DNA from: the human T2T-CHM13v2.0 reference genome, Homo sapiens
Reading direction: 5' to 3' (one strand)
NCBI RefSeq assembly: GCF_009914755.1
Contig: NC_060933.1
Length of the DNA stretch: 64,000 nucleotides
The notes under the pieces were generated by a model, which worked only from the letters and a program-made list of their open reading frames with translations, did no database searches and was not told the origin of the DNA. Below, piece by piece: positions 23,997 to 43,475 of the stretch (positions within the stretch are counted from its first letter, which is position 1; each line of letters starts with the position of its first letter). A program made the translations under genes and the position numbers.

Positions 23997-24852
23997 GGCC
24001 ACTTGCGAAGGCCCAGAGGTACAGGAAAGACTGGAAGTTAATGATTGTTCAAGTATGTCGACCCAGATATTGCCATCCCATGTCTCCCATCTTCTTCTTT
24101 CTTTCTTTTGAGACAGGGTCCCACTCTGTCACCCATGCTGGAGTGCAGTGGAGTGATTGAGGCTCACTGCAGCCTTGACCTCCTGGGCTGAATCAGTCCT
24201 CCCACCTTAGTCTCCCAGGTAGCTGGAACCACACGTGCATGCCACCATGCCCTGGTAATTTTTTGTAAAGACAGGGTTTCACCATGTTGCTCAGGCTAGT
24301 CTTGAACTCTTGGGCTCAAGTGATTCTCCAGCTTTGGCCTCCCAAAGTGCTAGGATTACAGGCATGAGCCACCATGCCTGGCCTCCCATTTTTGCTCTTT
24401 CTCAGTCAGGACTCTAACCTTGGTAGCTAACCTTTCAGGGCTGAGAATTCAACCTCTCTAGAGCTCTGCAAATTTTATAATTATGTTTTAGGTCTGATCC
24501 TCAGGTTTTTCTGCCCTTTGGCTGTAGGAGATGATAGTATCTTTATATACTGCCAAGAAGGCCCTTCGACTTTCACACTGAATCTTCATTGTCTTTCTTC
24601 AAAGGATCTATTATCCCCAACAACAAACATCCTATTACTTCTCAAATGCCTAATACATGTGTTCCTCCACCCTCCCATGTATTCTTTCCTTGGGTAAAAC
24701 ATCTCCATTAACCACTGCTGAAATTTTTAACAACTGTATTACTATCACATGCTAGGGGCTAACAGTGTTTCACCTATCACTAGTGATGATATCCTCATTG
24801 TCAACCGACTGCTGAGTGACTCCCAAATTTCATTTTAGGGTTTACTTTCTTG

Positions 24853-24869
24853 GATCACTCCTGGTACCA
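24853..24869 (-). promoter_or_regulatory. Retroviral primer-binding site (TGGTACCAGGAGTG, tRNA-Leu type as in ERVL)
   Basis: Minus strand reads ...TTTACA ATAAT TGGTACCAGGAGTGATCC directly after the LTR's terminal CA. Confidence 0.72.
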
Positions 24870-24874
24870 ATTAT

Positions 24875-26050
<1,176 letters not shown>

Positions 26051-26060
26051 ACATCCCTAA

Positions 26061-26499
<439 letters not shown>

Positions 26500-26562
26500 T
26501 AAAATACACTTTCTAGTGTCTGAATCATTTACAATGGGAAAGAATTCATGTGTTTTGTGTAA

Positions 26563-27074
<512 letters not shown>

Positions 27075-28053
27075 CTATCTCAAAAAATAAATACAAATAA
27101 AAAGAGAAATCTAGAATGGTAACTCCAAACCTTGGATTCACACAGCAGCAAATCACACTTTGCTGACCTGGCACAGGATTCACTTGTCCATGTGCCCACA
27201 CTTAACTGTGTATACTGACATTTCATTATTTTTGGGCAAAGGAGCCTTTTCAATCTAACACTATCTTGGAAATGGAAGAAAACATCTGGGATTCACTCCG
27301 ATAGGAGAACCAAAGCAAAACTATAAACACCATCTGTCAATTTTTCCTTCCAAAGGAGCCTTTCCAAATTTCTGGGAGTTTCCTTTGCCAACTCCTTGTC
27401 ACAGCAGCTCCAGAAGCAACTGAAGCCACTGAAGTTTCCCATGATGTTCTGGGCTAGGAAACTGGTGTCCTAGGGCTTCCTGCTGCACAGATGCACATCC
27501 TCAAAGGATGATTCTACCCTCCTTCCATAGGTGCCAGTCTCTTCCTCCTCAAGCAAGAAAGCCAAGTATGGATGTGTCCTTTATACTCTGTACAAAAGTG
27601 CCTGGCTCAGGGACCAGGGAGGACTGAAATCCAGCTGCACTCAGCTTGCCAAGCTGTATATCCTGGCACTGCAACCTCTTAGGGAGGGTGCCTTTTCCTA
27701 TCATGCACAAAGGTACAGTTTAGCCTAGTGGCAGGCCTTGTCCCTGAGCTCACTGATATGATTTAACTCTATTGTAATTGTGTGTCTTACAAGTTTGTCT
27801 TCCTCCTGAGAGTTTTGATGGCTGAAGCCTGGTCTTGTTTAACCTTTGCTCCCACTGCAGCACAGAGCTTGGTGTATAGTAGACCTAAGTACATTAATTA
27901 GCTGAATGAATTACTATGCACAGAGGTCTTCTGGCCCACTGCCACGACAGTCTACTAACCCCATTTTAAAAAGCTTAATAAAATTATCTTTTACTATTTT
28001 ACAAGATAACTTTTGCTATGCTTCCTGCTGTGTTTTTTTTTTTTTTTCTCTAA

Positions 28054-28406
<353 letters not shown>

Positions 28407-28479
28407 TGAACTACCAAATTATTTTTATTTTTTTATTTTTTTTTGAGACAGAGTCTCGCTGTCGCCCAGGTTGGGATGA

Positions 28480-28629
<150 letters not shown>

Positions 28630-28741
28630 TAGCCAGGATGGTCTCGATCTCCTGACCTCGTGATCCTCCCACCTCAGCCTCCCAAAGTGCTGGGATTACA
28701 GGCGTGAGCCACTGCACCTAGCCTAGCAAATCACTTTTTAG

Positions 28742-28975
28742 AGGCTGGTCATTGCATCTTTGTTCTCGGACTCATTCTCTGTTCTTCTTCTGAAAACTAC
28801 ATTTCCCAGCTTCTTTGACAACCACATACTAGCTATATTCAGCCAATGGGAGGCACTGGAAGAAGACTGGAGGTGAGAGGAAGAAGAAGCCAGGGCAGTT
28901 CTTCCTCTTCCGGCTATGGGGCATTTCCCAGCAGTGGCTGCATCGCTTCTGTGTGGTTTCCACTTCCCCTTCTTC
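28742..28975 (+). mobile_element. ERVL LTR fragment (LTR33-like)
   Basis: actacatttcccagc...ttcagccaatgggaggcactgg...gagaggaagaagaagccaggg signature. Confidence 0.55.
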
Positions 28976-29431
28976 TTCTCCTTTTTTTTTTTTTTTTTTT
29001 TTTTTGAGACAGAGTGTCGCTCTGTCGCCCAGGCTGGAGTGCAGCAGCATGATCTCAGCTTACTGCAACTTTCATCTCCCGGGTTCAAGCTTTTCTCCTG
29101 TCTCAGCCTCCTGAGTAGCTGGGATTAGAGGTGCGCGCCACCAGGCCTGGCTAATTTTTTTTTTTTTTGTATTTTTGGTAGAGACGGGTTTTGGCCAAGC
29201 TGGTCTCGAACTCCTGACCTCAAGTGATCTGCCCACCTTGGCCTCCCAAAGTCGGCCTCCCAAAGTCAGCCTCCCAAAGTGCTGGAATTACAGGCGTGAG
29301 CCACTGCGCCTGGCCGCCCCTCCTTCTTTAGTCCCAAGTTCTGCTGCCCGCCCCACTCCAGCCAAATCCTATTTCCTCCACAGCCACAAATAATAATTTA
29401 GTGTGTGTCCTTTCAGTTTTTCATCCATGCT

Positions 29432-29521
29432 TATATATACACACACATATATATACACATATACACACACACATATATATACACACATATATACACATAT
29501 ATATACATACACACATATATA
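29432..29521. repeat. Compound (TA)n/(CA)n microsatellite
   Basis: Directly visible. Confidence 0.92.
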
Positions 29522-29813
29522 GATTATCTCTACACACATTTTTTTTTTGCAAAAATAAATACCATATGCATTATTCTGCAACTTGCTTTTTACTCCACAA
29601 TATACTGCTGTAACTGCGATAGTTACTGCCAAATTGCTCCACGAAAAGATTCTACCAATTTATACTGTTGTCAGCAGTGTATGAGAATGCTTATTTTGCT
29701 AGACACGGTGGCTCATGCCTAATCCCAGCACTTTGGGAGGTCAAGGTGGGAGGATTGCTTGAGACCAGGAGCTTGAGACCAGCCTGTGCACCATAGAGAG
29801 ACTGTTTCTTTAA

Positions 29814-30071
<258 letters not shown>

Positions 30072-30460
30072 TGATCTCGAACTCCCAACCTCAGGTGGTC
30101 CACCCGCCTTGGCCTCCCAAAGTGCTGGGATTACAGGTGTGAGCCACCATGCCCGGCTGGATATACTTTTTTATTAAATAATTTTTTTAAATCAATTAAG
30201 ATGGGGGGCTGAGCATGGTAGCTCGTGCATGGAATTCCAGCACTTTGGGAGGCCACAGCAGCAGGATCACTTGGGGCCAAGAGTTTGAGACCAGCCTGGT
30301 CAATATAGCGAGATCCTGACTCTACAAAAAAGAAAAAAAAATGGCTGGGTGCCATGGCTCATGCCCATAGTCTTAGCACTTTGGTAAGCCGAGGCTGGCA
30401 GATTGCTTGAGCTCAGGAGTTTGAGACCAGCCTGGGCAACATGGTGAAACCCTGTCTCTA

Positions 30461-30687
<227 letters not shown>

Positions 30688-30729
30688 TCAGGAGGGGTGG
30701 GAGGTGGATCACTTGAGGCCAGGAGTTCA

Positions 30730-31170
<441 letters not shown>

Positions 31171-31345
31171 TCAGCCTCCCAAAGTGCTGAGATTATAGGC
31201 ATGAGCCACTGCATCAGACCCAGCATTGGATATACTTGATCTTTTCAGCTTTTGCCAATTTGTTAGGTAAAAATTAGAGCCTTGTTTCATTTTTAAACAT
31301 TATCAGCCCGGTGCGGTGGCTCACGCCTGTAATCCCAGCACTTTA

Positions 31346-31600
<255 letters not shown>

Positions 31601-32454
31601 TTATCAGTGATATTGACCATTTTCTCATACGTTCACTAGCTATTTGTATTTCTTCTTTGGCTAATTGCCTCTTGCAAACTATACACACTTTTTTTTAATT
31701 GAATCATTCCATTTTTCACACTGATTTGTAAAATTATTTGTATACTGGGAAAACTAACTTTTTCTGTTATATAGGTTACAAATATTTTCTTCCAGTTTAT
31801 CTTTTCACTTTGTGTTTGGGGTCTTTTGCCATCATCAAATCTGTCAACTATTTCCTTCATGGCTTCTGCATTTGGTGTTATGATTAGACAAGTTCTTTCC
31901 ATCCCATAACTCAGAAAATATTCTTCTATATTCTCTTTTAATATTTTATTGTACCTTTTTGTGTTTGTGTATTCATCTGGTGGAATGGAAAATTATCTAT
32001 ATCATGGTCATCAGGATAATTGCATCTTTATATGATGGTCATCACATCGTTCTTAGAATTGAGAGAAGCCTCAGAGGTTACCCAGATATCTGAGTCCTTC
32101 GTTGTAACTATGAGTTTCTGGGGAAGGGCAAAAGGTTTCAATCTGATCTTCAAGGTTCTAAGGATTCATCCTAACTTTTCCCTTGATTTTCCCAGGAGAA
32201 AAGATGTCTTTGCCAAGGATGCCAGTGACTTTTTCTTACAGACTTAGAACGGTTAAACCCAAGCCAAGCCTCTTCCTTCCTGGTTTCTCCAAACTTACCA
32301 CCTTCTGCTCCTCTACATATACCCTTTGCTCTACTTACTGATCCTGAACATTCCTGGAAATTTCTTGCATCCATGCCTTTGCCCAGACTACTTTAGGCAC
32401 CCTTCATTCTATCTGGCCTTTAAGGCCTAACTTAAATGCTTCAATTTGCCATGA

Positions 32455-32782
<328 letters not shown>

Positions 32783-33299
32783 TGATACGCCTGCCTCAGC
32801 CTCCCAAAGTGCTGGGATTACAGGTGTGATCCACCACGCCCGGCCGGACTCAGTTTATTTTCTGTCAGGTGCCATCATTATCTGGACACTTATCTGCTTC
32901 CCTCACTGGGCTGCCTTGAGAGCATCTTTGCAGACTTGTGGTGCCTGGCACATGGTAGGACTTAATTAGTACTGGATGGCTAAATGAATGAAATATTGTA
33001 GAGGTGGTTGTCTGTCTTTTCTGTCTCTGTTCTTAGACATTGTAAATGCCTGGTGTATAAAGGGAGGGAGAAAGAAGACAGAAAGAGGGAGGGTGCAGGT
33101 TGGTGCCCCTTTTTTCTCTATTGCTGTTGGCAGGCCAGCAGGTATGCTGGCCACTGTCTACGTGCACTGAGAGGGAAAGATACAGGGTAGGGGAAACAGA
33201 GGACTGGCATCCTATTCAGCCTCTTCTGGCCCCAGGTGAGTCAACACTGGGATTCACACCTAGAAACTGACAAGTATGAATCACTCCTAGGAAGGTTAA

Positions 33300-33506
<207 letters not shown>

Positions 33507-35879
33507 TAGCTAATTTTTTTTGTATTTTTAGTAGAGACGGGGTTTCTCCATGCTGGTCAGGCTGGTCTTGAACTCCTGACCTCATGTGATCTGCCCGCCT
33601 CGGCCTCCCAAAGTGCTGGGATTACAGGCATGAGCCACTGTGCCTGGCCTTTTTTTTTTTTCTGAGACAGAGTGTTGCTCTGTCACCTAGGCTGGAGTGA
33701 CGTGGCGCAACCTCACCTCACTGCAACCTCCACCTCCCAGGTTCAAGTGATTCTTCTGCCTCAGCCTCTTGAATAGCTAGGATTACAGCTGCCACCATCA
33801 CGCCCAGCTAATTTTTGAATTTTTAGTAGAGATGGGGTTTCACCATGTTGGCCAGGCTGCTCTCGAACTCCTCACCTCAGGTTATCCACCTGCCTTGGCC
33901 TCCCAAAGTCCTGGGATTATAGGCATGAGCCACTGCGCCCAGACTTTTTTTTTTTTTTTTTTTTTTGAGACAGGGTCTGGCTTTGTCACCCAGGCTGGAG
34001 TGCAGTGGCTTGATCTCGCTCACTGTAACCTCCACCTCTTGGGTTCAAGCGATTCTCATGCCTCAGCCTCCCACATAGCTGGGATTACAGGCGCCCACCT
34101 AGCTAATTTTTATTTTGTATTTTTAGTAGAGATGGGGTTTCACCATGTTGGGTAGGCTGGTCTTAAACTCCTGACCTCAGATGATCTGCCTGCCTCAGCC
34201 TCCCAGAGTTCTGGGATTACAGGCGTGAGCCACCACACCCGACCTTGTTTTTTTTTTTTTTTTTTTGAGACAGAGTCTTGCTCTGTTGCCCAGGCTAGAG
34301 TGCAATGGCATGATCATTGCTCACAGCAGCCTTAACCTCCCAGGCTGAGGCCATTTTCTCACCTCAGCCTCCTGACTAGCTGGGACCACAGATGTGTACA
34401 ACCATGTCTGGCTAATTTTTTACAATTTTATTTTATTTTTAGACAGGGTCTCATTTGCAGAACCCAATAGCTGGGACTACAGTCGTGTACCACCATGCCC
34501 AACTGTTTTTTGTTGTTGTTAGAGATGAAGATTCTCCACGTTGCCCAGGCTGGTCTCAAACTCCTGAGCTCAAGAGATCTGACCATCTTGGCCTCCCAAA
34601 GTGCTGGGATTACAGGCGTTAGCCATCGTGCCTAGTCATTTTATTTTATTTTATTTTATTGCGACAAGATCTTGCTCTGTCACCCATGTTTGGAGTACAC
34701 CAGCACAATCCTGGCTCACTGTAGCCTCGACCTCTCAGGCTCAAGTGATCCTCCTATCTCAGCCTCCTGAATAGTTAGGACCACAGGCACATGCCACCAC
34801 GCCCAGATAATTTGAGTTTTTGTAGAGACAAGGTCTCACTATGTTGCCCAGGCTCACCTAATTTTTACCAAACTTTTTGTAGAGACGGGGGTCTCATGTT
34901 GCTTAAATTGGTCTTGAACTCCTGGGCTCAAGAGTCATCTTATTCAATTAATAATTCTCTGTCTCCTAATTCCAGCAGACATAGAAAGACACAGAAGGCC
35001 AGCGCCATGGCTCACGCCTACAATCCCAGCAATTTGGGAGACTGAGGCTTGAGCCCAGAAGTTTACCACCAGCCTGGGCAACATGGTGAGACCCCGTCTC
35101 TCCATATATATATATAAAATAATAAAAATTATCCGGGCGTGTTGGCATGTGGCTATAGTCCAAGCTACTCAGAAGGCTGAGGTGGGAGGATCACTTGAGC
35201 CCGACAGGTGGAGGTTGCAGGGTTGCAGTGCGCCAACATCGCGCCACTGCACTCCAGCCTAGGCGACAGAGCGAGACCCTGTCTCAAAAAAACAAAAAAC
35301 ACCCCAAACAGAAACAACAACAACAACAAAAACCCCCACAGAAGGCAGTGAAGGCTTGGGATAGGATTACCTGGTTTAAACCCATAGAATGTCAGAATTG
35401 AAGGAAGACTTAGAGGTCACCTTTGTTTTTTTTTCTTTTGATACAGAGTCGCGTTCCGTTGCCCACCTGGAGTGCAGTGGCGCGATCACGGCTACCGCAG
35501 CCTCGACCTCCCGGGCTCAAGCGACCCTCCTGCCTCGGCCTCTCAAAGTGCTGGAGTTACAGGCGTGAGCCACTGCGCCCGGCCTAGAAGTCACCTTTCA
35601 ACTTAGTCCTCTATACATGGGAAAAGTGAGGTCCAGAAAGGGTATGAGTTGTACCAGGTCGCTGACCCTGAACAGAAGCTAGATGTCTTAATTCCCAAAT
35701 AGGACTCGCTGCTAACTCTTTGGGCATACCTTCGCGATTCAAGGCTCTTGGGTTTCCCGCTTTGGCCGCCTCGCCAAACCCAAGTCTTACACTCTTAGTG
35801 ACCCCCTCCTTTCCTCCTTCCCCCTTAGGTCAGCAGGGTTTACTCATTCCAATTGCAATGCTCCATGTTGCCGGAGTAG

Positions 35880-36299
<420 letters not shown>

Positions 36300-37355
36300 T
36301 GAAGGGCGCCGGAGCTAGGAGGTGGGAGGGAAAAGTGGCCGGAGATCCGCGATTCGGGGAGGATTCTGGGAGAAGGGTCGGAGTGAGGGGACCGGAGTTG
36401 AAGGGGCGGAGGGGAAGTGGGATGCGGAAAAATGAGTTCGGATTAAGGAGACTAATACCCTACTGGAAGACAGGCATAGTAGACATCTATCGGGCTGGAC
36501 TGAGAACTCGGTGGGAACTAGAGGATGTCAGGGAGGGGGACCCAGATTTTAGTAAAGAAGGTGAGTGGTGGGGAGTTGAGGGTGAGCTGGGGACGTGCGG
36601 TGTAGATTTAGTTCTCCCTGAGGCAATGAGATTGGGGAGAAAAGGTGGAGACTAGACCAGAGGTGAGTGATCTTTGGGGATATCTTTGGCCTTGTCTGGT
36701 CTTCTCCAGGTATGTTTATCCGCCTTTTTTGTTTCTTGGGTGGAGGCTTACCTATACAGTCCACCTGGGCCTCAGGAACCGCCCCAGTCTTTCTTGTGGA
36801 ACGTCAGGTTCATTTATTTGAGCTATATCAGTGATCTTTGACCTTTGTTGCCAAATGTAATTGTTTCCAGACTAGCGTCTTAAAAGTATGGTTGGGCATA
36901 AAAATACGTTTTATGTTAAACTGAAAAAAAAATTGTTACTTTTAGTCACCATGCAGTGTTGCGAAACCAGATTTGGTAATTTAGTTAAGTATTACGTATA
37001 TTCTGTTCTAACTTTACTCGTTAGTGCTTTGTCTCTTCAGTTATTAGCATTTGAGAATTTGAATAGATATGATGGATGTTTTCCTTTTTAATTTTGTCAG
37101 ATTTGATGGTGGGAAAAACAAGATACTTAGTCTTTAGTGATATATAGTTCTTTCTAGTTAATGTCCCAACCTAAACTAAAAGTTTCCGTATTGGCCGGGC
37201 GCTGTGGCTCACGTCTGAAATCCCAGCACTTTGGGAGGCCGAGGCGGGCGGATCACGAGGTCAAGAGTTCAAGACCAGCCTGACCAACATGTTGAAACCC
37301 TTTCTCTACTAAAAAGCCAGCCGGGCGTGGTGGCAGGCGCCTGTAATCCCAGCTA

Positions 37356-37463
<108 letters not shown>

Positions 37464-38289
37464 TCAAAAAAAAAAAAAAAGTTTACGTATTATGGCAAAG
37501 AATGTGAAATGTGTCAAGTCTTAAAAGAATTACATTGTCCGCATTAACTTACTATAAGTGAAATTTTATTAAATTTTTGTTTCTAGTTCTATTAATTCAT
37601 GGTGTTTATTAAATAGCTACTGTGTGTTGCAATAATAAGAGTCATTATAATTACAGAAATGCTAAACTTAATGTTTCTTTAGTGAGTGACCATCGCTGTC
37701 ATTGCACAGCAGATAACTTTACTAACCTGCTAGAACCTCATTGGAAAAAAAACTTTTTTTTTTTTTGTTTCTTTTTATTTTTTTCCAGAGGGAGTCTCGG
37801 TCTGTTGCCCAGGCTGGAGTGCAGTGGCGCGATCTTGGCTTGCTGCAACCTCCGCCTCCTGGGTTCAAGTGACTGTCCTGCCTCAGCCTCCCGAGTAGCT
37901 GAGATTATAGACACCCACCACTACGGCTGGCTAATTTTTGTATTTTAGTAGAGACGGGGTTTCACCATGTTGGTCAGGCTGGTCTCGAACTTCTGACCTC
38001 AAATAATCCTCCGGCCTTGGTCTCCGAAAGTGCTGGGATTGCAGGCGTGAGCCACCGCACCCGGCCTGTTTTCTTTTTTTTTTTTTTTTTTTTTTTTTTG
38101 AGACAGAGTTTCGCTCTGTGCCCAGGCTGGAGTGCAGTGGCGCAATCTCAGCTCACTGCAAGCTCCGCCTCCCGGGCTTGCCATTCTCCTGCCTCAGCCT
38201 CCTCAGTAGCTGCGATTACAGGCGCCTGCCACACACCTGGCTAATTTTTTAAAATATTTTTTTAGTAGAGACGGGGTTTCACCGTGTTA

Positions 38290-38385
<96 letters not shown>

Positions 38386-39124
38386 TTATTTTTATTTGTA
38401 TTTTATTTTATTTTTTGAGACGGAGTCTCCCTCTGTCGCCCAGGCTGGAGTGCAGTGGCGCGATCTCGGCTCTCTGCAAGCTCTGCCTCCCGCGTTCACG
38501 CCATTCTCCTGCCTCAGCCTCCTGAGTAGCTGGGACTACGGGCTCCCGCCACCACGCCCGGCTAATTTTTTGTATTTTTAGTAGAGACGGGGTTTCACTG
38601 GGTTAGCCAGGATGGTCTTGATCTCCTGACCTCGTGATCCGCCCGCCTTGGCCTCCCAAAGTGCTGGGATTACAGGCGTGAGCCACCGTGCCAGGCCTTT
38701 TTTTTTTTTTTTTTAATGAAGGCAAAGGAAAAAAATTAAACTCTGTAAATATGAAAACTTCTTCAGTTTCTTTCGTTTAGTATTTAAGACTGATTTCCTA
38801 ATCATGGCATTTCTTCTGTGTATTCTTCTGAAATATTTTTTCATTTTGATTTTGAAGACAGAGTATTCTGAAAAGATAATAATAGATCTGTAGACAAGTC
38901 TCATCAATGATTGTTAGTGCATTTTTTAATTAAAATTTTTTTTTTTGTAGAGAAGGGGTCTCTTATGTTGCCCAGTCTGATTTTGAACTCCTGAGCTCAA
39001 GTGATCCTCCCACCACAGCCTCCCAAACTGCTGGGAGGCATGAGCAGCTAGTGCACGTATTTTTGACTGGTGAATGTCACATTATTTGGTGTATCTTTTA
39101 ACTATGGTATTTAAGGATCCCTGA

Positions 39125-39457
<333 letters not shown>

Positions 39458-39559
39458 TGACGTTTAATTCAGTGACTAAAATTCTTATTATTTTCAGCAT
39501 TATAGTTGAAATATCATTAGCCTTGAGTGTAAATGCCAATATTACAAGCTTTTCGTGTT

Positions 39560-39583
39560 CTTTTTTCTTTTTCTTTCTTTCCT

Positions 39584-39662
<79 letters not shown>

Positions 39663-39706
39663 TTTCTTTTCTTTCTCTCTCTTTCTCTCTCTCCTTTCTT
39701 TCTTTT
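39560..39706. repeat. (TTTC)n/(TC)n polypyrimidine microsatellite derived from an Alu tail
   Basis: Directly visible. Confidence 0.95.
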
Positions 39707-39834
39707 CACTCAGTCGCCCAGGCTGGGGTACAGTGGCTCGATCTCTGCTCACTGCAAGCTCCGCCTCCTGGGTTCACGCCATTCTCCTGCCTCAGCCTCC
39801 TGAATAGCTGGGACTACAGGTGCCCACCACCACG

Positions 39835-39970
39835 CCTGGCTAATTTTTTGTAGTTTTAGTAGAGATGGGGTTTCACCGTGTTATCCAGGATGGTCTCGAT
39901 CTCCTGGCTAATTTTTTGTAGTTTTAGTAGAGATGAGGTTTCACCGTGTTAGCCAGGATGGTCTCGATTT
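39835..39970. repeat. 2 x 68-bp tandem duplication inside an antisense AluY-like element
   Basis: cctggctaattttttgtagttttagtagagatg...ggatggtctcgat repeated with 3 mismatches. Confidence 0.9.
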
Positions 39971-40693
39971 CCTGACCTCTTGATCCGCCCATCTCAGCCT
40001 TCCAAAGTGCTGGGATTATAGGCGTGAGCCACTGTGCCTGGCCTCTGTTCTTTAGTTATGTTATTGAATGTATTGAAATTTTTCAAATGTAGATCATTTT
40101 AAGAGTAATCTTTTTTCCTACAGATTCATTAAAAATATTTATTCATCATTTATCAGGTGGTTTTCTTTAGACAGTCTTTCTCAAGAAATGCAAAAAGGTA
40201 ATACAGAGTGCCTTAAAACATTAAATAGGCCTGGCGCCATGGCTCATGCCTGTAATCCCAGCACTTTGGGGGGCCGAGGCGGGCGGATCATGAGGTCAGG
40301 AGATTGAGACCATCCTGGCTAACACGGTGAAATCCCGTCTGTACTAAAAAATACAAAAAAATTAGCCGGGCGTGGTGGTGTGTGCCTGTAGTCCCAGCTA
40401 CTCGGGAGGCTGAGGCAGGAGAATGGCGTGAACCCGGCCACTCCAGAGGCGGAGCTTGCAGTGAGCTGAGATAGTGCCACTACACTCCAGCCTGGGCAAC
40501 AGAGCGAGACTCCGTCTCAAAAAAAAAAAAAAAACATTAAATAAACCTTTTTTCTAACAATTAAAAAAAAAGAAAAAAACTCAAGCTGAAAAGAAGCTTA
40601 GAAATCACCTGGGTGTAGTTTCCCACACAGAATGGGAATCCCTGCTTCTATACCAAAACAAATGAAAATCCATCCTCTTTTCCAGATTTCTAA

Positions 40694-40914
<221 letters not shown>

Positions 40915-41315
40915 TAGTAGAGACGGGGTTTCTCCATGTTGGTCAGGCTGGTCTCAAACTCTTCAACTCAGGTGATCCATCCGCTTCGGCCTCCCAAAGT
41001 GCTGGGATTACAGGTGTGAGATAGCGCTCCCGGCCCAGAATTTCTTATAGGAAAAGTATGTTCAATTAGAAAAAAGAAGCAAGCAGAGTAGTGCTCTTCC
41101 AACCTGTAACATACAGTGTCCTGTAACATTAGAAAATAACTTGAAGGTAACAGTAATATTTTCCTATGAATCGAGAGTTACGATTTCAGGTTTTAGAAAT
41201 TTTAGGTGGAAGTAGCAAGATTCACAAAGGAAAGGGTGCTGACACTGGGTATGTACTAATGAGCCAGGATTGTTAAACACTTTCTTTCCTTTTTTTTTTA
41301 GATAGTCTCGCTCTG

Positions 41316-41713
<398 letters not shown>

Positions 41714-41904
41714 TGAGTAGCTGGGACTACAGATGGTGTGCCACCATGTCCGGCTAATTTTTGTATTTTTAGTAGAGACAAGGTTTCACCATGTTGGCCA
41801 GGATGGTCTTGATCTCTTGACCTCGTGATCCTCCCACCTCGGCCTCCCAAAGTGCTGGGATTACAGGCGTGCGCCACCGCGCCCAGCCAATCCTTTTTTT
41901 TTGA

Positions 41905-42188
<284 letters not shown>

Positions 42189-42342
42189 TAAAACACTTTA
42201 CATAATCTCAGTTCTTGGCCAGACACAGTGGCTCATGCCTGTAGTCCCAGCAGTTTGGGAATCCCAGGCGGGCGGATTGCTTGAGCCCAGAAGTTCAAGA
42301 CCAGCCTGGACAACACAGTGAGACCTGTCTCTACAGAAGTTA

Positions 42343-42492
<150 letters not shown>

Positions 42493-42595
42493 CTACCTCA
42501 AAAGAAATAATCTCGGGCGGGTGCTGTGGGTCATGCCTGTAATCCTGGCACTTGGGGAGGCCCAGGCAGGTGGATCACCTGAGGTCAGGATTTCA

Positions 42596-42826
<231 letters not shown>

Positions 42827-43244
42827 TCAGTTCTCACACTTGAATTAGGTAGGTAGGTTGTGTTATGCGTGCTTTTTATGTATTGAGGAAACAGGATCAC
42901 AGAGGTTGTGTAACTTAACTAAGGTTACAACTAGGTAGACTGAATTTGAACTGAAATCTGTCCAACCTCAATGCCTATGCTGCATTCTTTTATGCCATTT
43001 TGCCCCTCTTAGGTGGTCACAGGACCATTCCAATTCCTATAAGGTATAAGCACTAGTTTTAAAGTAATACCATTGTGAACTGCTTGTTCTCATTGAAATA
43101 ATAGTGTAACTGGAATGATAAATAGTTCATTAAAATTTTAGTCACATTATGTCATCAGAATTCTAGGAGGAAATGAATACCTGATTATTTTGTACTTCAC
43201 AAAATAAACTGGATAAACTGGATAAATGACTGAAAGTTTCTTTT

Positions 43245-43475
43245 TTATATTGCTGAGTCAGATTGGATCCGGTTCATTAAGGGCCAAAATTTGTATTTGG
43301 CAGTAATCCTCATGTGTTCTCAGAATGCTTGATTGGTCATTATCAGTTGCTTAATGCTTACCAAACACTTCCAGTGTTTTGAGTCACTGAATTGGCTCAT
43401 GGTAATTGTTAATCTTGTGGTTACTGAGTCAAGAGCCAGCAGTGTGTGTTTTGGCTGCTTCACTTCCTCCTCAAC
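43245..43475. promoter_or_regulatory. Candidate intronic enhancer (3 AP-1, 3 CCAAT, 1 ARE/MARE, 1 ETS)
   Basis: TGAGTCA at 43254, 43380 and 43425; ATTGG at 43262, 43332 and 43391; TGCTGAGTCA at 43251; CACTTCCT at 43461. All in sequence I do not recognise as a repeat. Confidence 0.5.

Noticed and set aside
29369-29722. His/Ile/Tyr/Thr-rich ORFs
   Set aside because: Translations of a TA/CA dinucleotide repeat.
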